Shown here: one piece after another, positions 38,265 to 41,373 of the stretch
How positions within the stretch are numbered: position 1 is the first letter of the stretch
How the letters are laid out: each line of letters starts with the position of its first letter
Virus record (IMG/VR): IMGVR_UViG_3300005611_000067
Coordinates: 1-41,373 of that record
DNA length: 41,373 nt
Direction: 5' to 3' (one strand)
Source of the DNA: a virus
Taxonomy: Duplodnaviria; Caudoviricetes
Notes under the pieces: generated by a model
What the model was told of the DNA's origin: nothing
Database searches by the model: none
Seen by the model: only the letters and a program-made list of their open reading frames with translations
Translations under genes and position numbers: made by a program

Positions 38265-38350
38265 ATGGCTGTACTGTTACAGCACTTAGGGCTTGTGTCT
38301 GACCCAACACAAACCCAATCACCAACAGGGTCAACTAGGAGACTGGTATC

Positions 38351-40141
38351 ATGTATAGATACCTGTTAAACAATGTGTTGCGTGCATCCAAGTTCATGCA
38401 ACGGGTCGCCGAACATACCGGCGTCGATGACCGCGATGGGTTGCAGCAGTTGTTGCAGATGGGTCTCGATGATGGCAACCTGAGCATGTTCTCCCTCTCA
38501 GGTAGTGATGCGATCGACGAGGCCGGTGAAGTTGGTAACAACTACTCATCGTTGTTCATTCGGAACAACGATGTCGAGTCCACCGGCAAGACCACGGCTC
38601 GTCTTCAGCGTAGTGCCGCAGCCACGAGGCGGCGGTCGATGGCACCTGACGGTGTTCTGGACCTTGACTTGCCAGATGCCTTCAAGGATGCTGTGACGTA
38701 CTTGTCGGAGACTGAGTTCGCTCCGAACAAGTTGGTGCTTCAGGCGATGCGGACTCTGGCTGCTGAGGGGTTCTTTGACCCCAAGCGGAACCAAATGGAA
38801 CTCCTGATGCTTCAGGAGTTCACGAACTTTGGTGAGGGTAATTACTACCTCCCATTGTTCCCAGACTTCCGCTATCGTCTGTACACTGACTCGCGCGGCG
38901 TTGCCTCCTATCAAGGTGGTGATGCCCACCGTGCGTCGTGTGACTTCGCTGAGAAGTTGCCTGCTTCGGACGATGATATCCAGATCTTTCTGGAAGTCAT
39001 CAAGAAGGAGTACGGTGTCACGGAGGACAACTACGAGGACATCCTTGCAGATCCCGTGAAGTTTGTCAGGGACTGCAAGGACAGCAAGCCCTTCTGTGCA
39101 TTGCGGGCTGCTGAGGCAATTCGCGAGATGAAGGAAGAGGGTTGTTCTGGCTACATTCTCCAGCAGGACCAGAGTGCATCTGGTCCAGCGTGGTATGGCT
39201 GGTTCACTGGTGACGAGGCTCTGTGCCATCTCACCAACCTCTACCCTTCAGACTCGCCGCAGTCGTTGTACACTGCAATGTCTGCCTACGTCAACGAGGC
39301 ACGTCTCCTGCCTGTTCATGTCAGGGACAACCCGATGTTCGTTGATCGGAAGACCGCCAAGACGTTTGCTGTTCCGATGATCTACTCGGCAGCAAACCCC
39401 TCGCTTACTCGGGGTGCAATTCTCAAGAACCCGCAGACCAGCCCAATCCAGTATGTGGACAATGCTGGTGATTACATAGTGGGATCTCTTGAAAAGGTCT
39501 CCAAGTTGGACCTCAACGAGAGGTACGCTGGTGTGTGGCAGGCTCTTGGATGGTCTCTGGCAGTTCGTGTTGCCAGTGATGTGGCTCGGGCATACGAGAC
39601 TTCGTTGTTCGGGTCCAAGGCGGCTGCTGGTCTTACCAGCCGTCTTCGTCCTTCCATGATGGCAATCAAGCAGGCATCTCGTAACCGTCGTAATGATGGT
39701 CAAGTCCTTAACTGGACTTCGCCATCGGGATGCCGTGTCTTCAACCGCGGCATGGTCGTCGACATGGATGCCAAGCCGTGGGATGTGAGTGTGACCTTCG
39801 ATGGCAAGCGTCATCGAATCTCATTCCAGCCACTTCACGCAGCGTCCTCAGATGCTGCGGCAGGCCCGAATGTCATCCACTCTGTGGATGCTAGTGCAAT
39901 CCACTTCATGGCTCTCATGGCGGCAGAGGCAGGGATTCGCATTGCGCCAATCCATGACTCCATCGGAACTCCCATCGCCCACGCTCGATGGGCTCGGCAG
40001 GCCTTCAAGGCTTGCATCAGTCGGGTGGATCAGAAGTTCTTGGATCGTGAGATCCTGATTCCCTCAAAGGTCACGCCCCTGAATTATCCGGGTGCTGACC
40101 GCAAGCGGTTTGCCAAGTCCCGTCACATCCTTGGTTGCTAA
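38351..40141 (+). CDS. Compact single-subunit T7-family DNA-directed RNA polymerase (596 aa)
   Basis: DFRYRLY (DxRGRxY), motif A QDQSASG, motif B RKTAKTFAVPMIYS, WTSPSG, PNVIHSVDA and motif C IHDS. AGGAG SD at 38337. Confidence 0.93.
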   Translation: MYRYLLNNVLRASKFMQRVAEHTGVDDRDGLQQLLQMGLDDGNLSMFSLSGSDAIDEAGEVGNNYSSLFIRNNDVESTGKTTARLQRSAAATRRRSMAPDGVLDLDLPDAFKDAVTYLSETEFAPNKLVLQAMRTLAAEGFFDPKRNQMELLMLQEFTNFGEGNYYLPLFPDFRYRLYTDSRGVASYQGGDAHRASCDFAEKLPASDDDIQIFLEVIKKEYGVTEDNYEDILADPVKFVRDCKDSKPFCALRAAEAIREMKEEGCSGYILQQDQSASGPAWYGWFTGDEALCHLTNLYPSDSPQSLYTAMSAYVNEARLLPVHVRDNPMFVDRKTAKTFAVPMIYSAANPSLTRGAILKNPQTSPIQYVDNAGDYIVGSLEKVSKLDLNERYAGVWQALGWSLAVRVASDVARAYETSLFGSKAAAGLTSRLRPSMMAIKQASRNRRNDGQVLNWTSPSGCRVFNRGMVVDMDAKPWDVSVTFDGKRHRISFQPLHAASSDAAAGPNVIHSVDASAIHFMALMAAEAGIRIAPIHDSIGTPIAHARWARQAFKACISRVDQKFLDREILIPSKVTPLNYPGADRKRFAKSRHILGC

Positions 40142-40153
40142 GCAACACATGGA

Positions 40154-40235
40154 CCCTTGCTCCCAGAAATGGGGGCAAGGGCATTCCCTAACCAATGTGG
40201 TTAGGTGTTCCTTTCTCTATCGGTGCTAAGCACCG
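40154..40235. promoter_or_regulatory. Three tandem hairpins downstream of the RNAP gene
   Basis: CCCTTGCTCCCA-GAAA-TGGGGGCAAGGG (40154-40181), CCTAACCA-ATG-TGGTTAGG (40187-40205) and CGGTGC-TAA-GCACCG (40221-40235). Confidence 0.7.
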
Positions 40236-40245
40236 GAGGTTAAGC

Positions 40246-40668
40246 ATGTTTCCATGTAGAAAGTTCCTTCTGTGGTCAAAGGACCGAACCTCTCTGGTTT
40301 CCATCACCTTGGACAAGAGGTTCAAGATCTTGGAGGCCGAGGGAGACACTCAGGGACTTGCCATCAAGAGTGGATCCCCTTGGGGTCCGGTGACTGCCAT
40401 GGCTAAGGCCATGGGCTGGGAAGTAATTCCCAACCAGTGGATGGCAAAGACTACCTACACCAAGCAGGTGTCGGAGTTGTCTTGGCGTGTGACCATCAAG
40501 CGTGCAAAGCACCCCATGGGAGACACGATCACGGTCACACATGTTGGTGGACCAACGCTGTCAGACGCCAAGGAGGAGTTCTGGAAGAAGTGGAACGCCG
40601 AGACTCGGGAAACCGGGTGGCACACGCACTTCAAGCCAACTGAGGCAAGGTACACCAACGAGGATTGA
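40246..40668 (+). CDS. Hypothetical early protein (140 aa)
   Basis: GGAGG SD at 40235-40239 favours ATG 40246 over 40195. Codon usage resembles the RNAP gene. Confidence 0.7.
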   Translation: MFPCRKFLLWSKDRTSLVSITLDKRFKILEAEGDTQGLAIKSGSPWGPVTAMAKAMGWEVIPNQWMAKTTYTKQVSELSWRVTIKRAKHPMGDTITVTHVGGPTLSDAKEEFWKKWNAETRETGWHTHFKPTEARYTNED

Positions 40669-40699
40669 TAGTTAGTTGTAAAATAAAAGGGCAATGAAA

Positions 40700-40738
40700 T
40701 ACCCTACGTTACCCTACATTACCCTACTGTTACCCTAC
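40700..40738. repeat. Four TACCCTAC direct repeats at 10/10/11-bp spacing, at the start of a TAC-rich tract
   Basis: Copies start at 40700, 40710, 40720 and 40731. Confidence 0.9.
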
Positions 40739-40904
40739 TATACTGTTTACACTACCGTAGGGTACCCCGGACTGTACCTAAATTGTACTTTAGCGTACTT
40801 TCTTACCGCAGTTTACCGTAGTTTACCGTACTTTACTGGCTACAGGGGGTCGTACTTAGGGCTACCTGCTTTTTTCCATGTACGAGTTACATCTTACATC
40901 TTAC

Positions 40905-40940
40905 GGCTGCCGCCGGTGGTAAGCCCGGCGTCAGCCTTTT
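40905..40940 (+). terminator. Possible intrinsic terminator
   Basis: GGCTGCCGCCGG / CCGGCGTCAGCC stem (one mismatch) followed by TTTT. Confidence 0.55.
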
Positions 40941-41018
40941 GAAATTTGTTCACCCGGTGTGTGCCATGCCGACATGGTGTAGGCAAGGTAACGCACCAAC
41001 TTTCACAGGAGTAGGTCC

Positions 41019-41228
41019 ATGCCTACAAAGAAGATGGTTGTTAATGGGGTGGAGTACATTGTTACTACCACGCAGAAGGAATCTTCCTTGGAGAAGTATC
41101 GCAGGGTTGATAATCATCTCATCCTTGGGATGCTTGGACAGATCGAGGCCGGAACCATGAAGGATCCTGTCAAGATCGAGGCATTGATGGAGGTCGCTCA
41201 AGAGCGAGGTCTGGCAGTAGTGGAATAA
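41019..41228 (+). CDS. Hypothetical early protein (69 aa)
   Basis: AGGAG SD upstream. Codon usage is consistent with neighbouring early genes. Confidence 0.7.
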   Translation: MPTKKMVVNGVEYIVTTTQKESSLEKYRRVDNHLILGMLGQIEAGTMKDPVKIEALMEVAQERGLAVVE

Positions 41229-41373
41229 CCTCCCACACCTCCCCCGGTAGGATAAACCGGGAGTCGGGCCCCCGGCGGGGAAAACCCCAAGCACCCTTGT
41301 GGTCGCCCCCGCCTCGCGCCGAACCCGACACGCGCACGACAGGCAACCCACACCGACGCGCCAGACCGCCTCC

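Noticed and set aside
40694-40942. 82-aa Tyr/Leu/Pro-rich ORF
   Set aside because: It is a translation of the TAC repeat tract, low in complexity and ending in a terminator-like stem. More likely non-coding.
464-41351. The many minus-strand and alternate-frame ORFs in the track (e.g. 464-808, 14720-15262, 37439-37951, 38546-39229, 39248-39814, 40950-41351)
   Set aside because: They are shadows of well-supported + strand genes, with no recognisable motifs.
1-41373. Canonical T7/SP6-like 23-bp promoter repeats, tRNAs, integrase, diversity-generating retroelement and stop-codon recoding
   Set aside because: None was seen by eye. Long ORFs are intact in the standard code, and there is no reverse transcriptase or template/variable repeat pair.

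Overview
This is a 41.4-kb stretch of a T7-like (Autographiviridae-related) podovirus genome with all credible genes on the + strand. The late/virion block (1-38113, AT-rich) runs as follows: small Lys-rich ORFs, gp9-like scaffold, gp10-like major capsid, intrinsic terminator, gp11/gp12-like tail tubes, two gp17-anchor tail fibres (one preceded by a ~49-Cys domain), a putative GH56-like glycosidase, a three-gene membrane/lysis cassette, and TerS/TerL. It continues with four ejection-type proteins (one ending in a lysozyme domain) and three more small basic proteins. The largest ejection-type protein (3946 aa) carries a degenerate DEDD-exonuclease-like domain, motifs A and B of a single-subunit RNA polymerase with N4-virion-RNAP-like signatures, and an HExxH zincin domain. 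After a hairpin-rich spacer the sequence becomes GC-richer and encodes a second, compact (596 aa) T7-family RNA polymerase, followed by tandem hairpins, helically phased TACCCTAC repeats and two small ORFs. The main candidate new system is a T7-type virion with an N4-like two-polymerase strategy: an injected RNAP inside the ejectosome protein plus a minimal early RNAP. All assignments come from motif recognition by eye; no searches were run.
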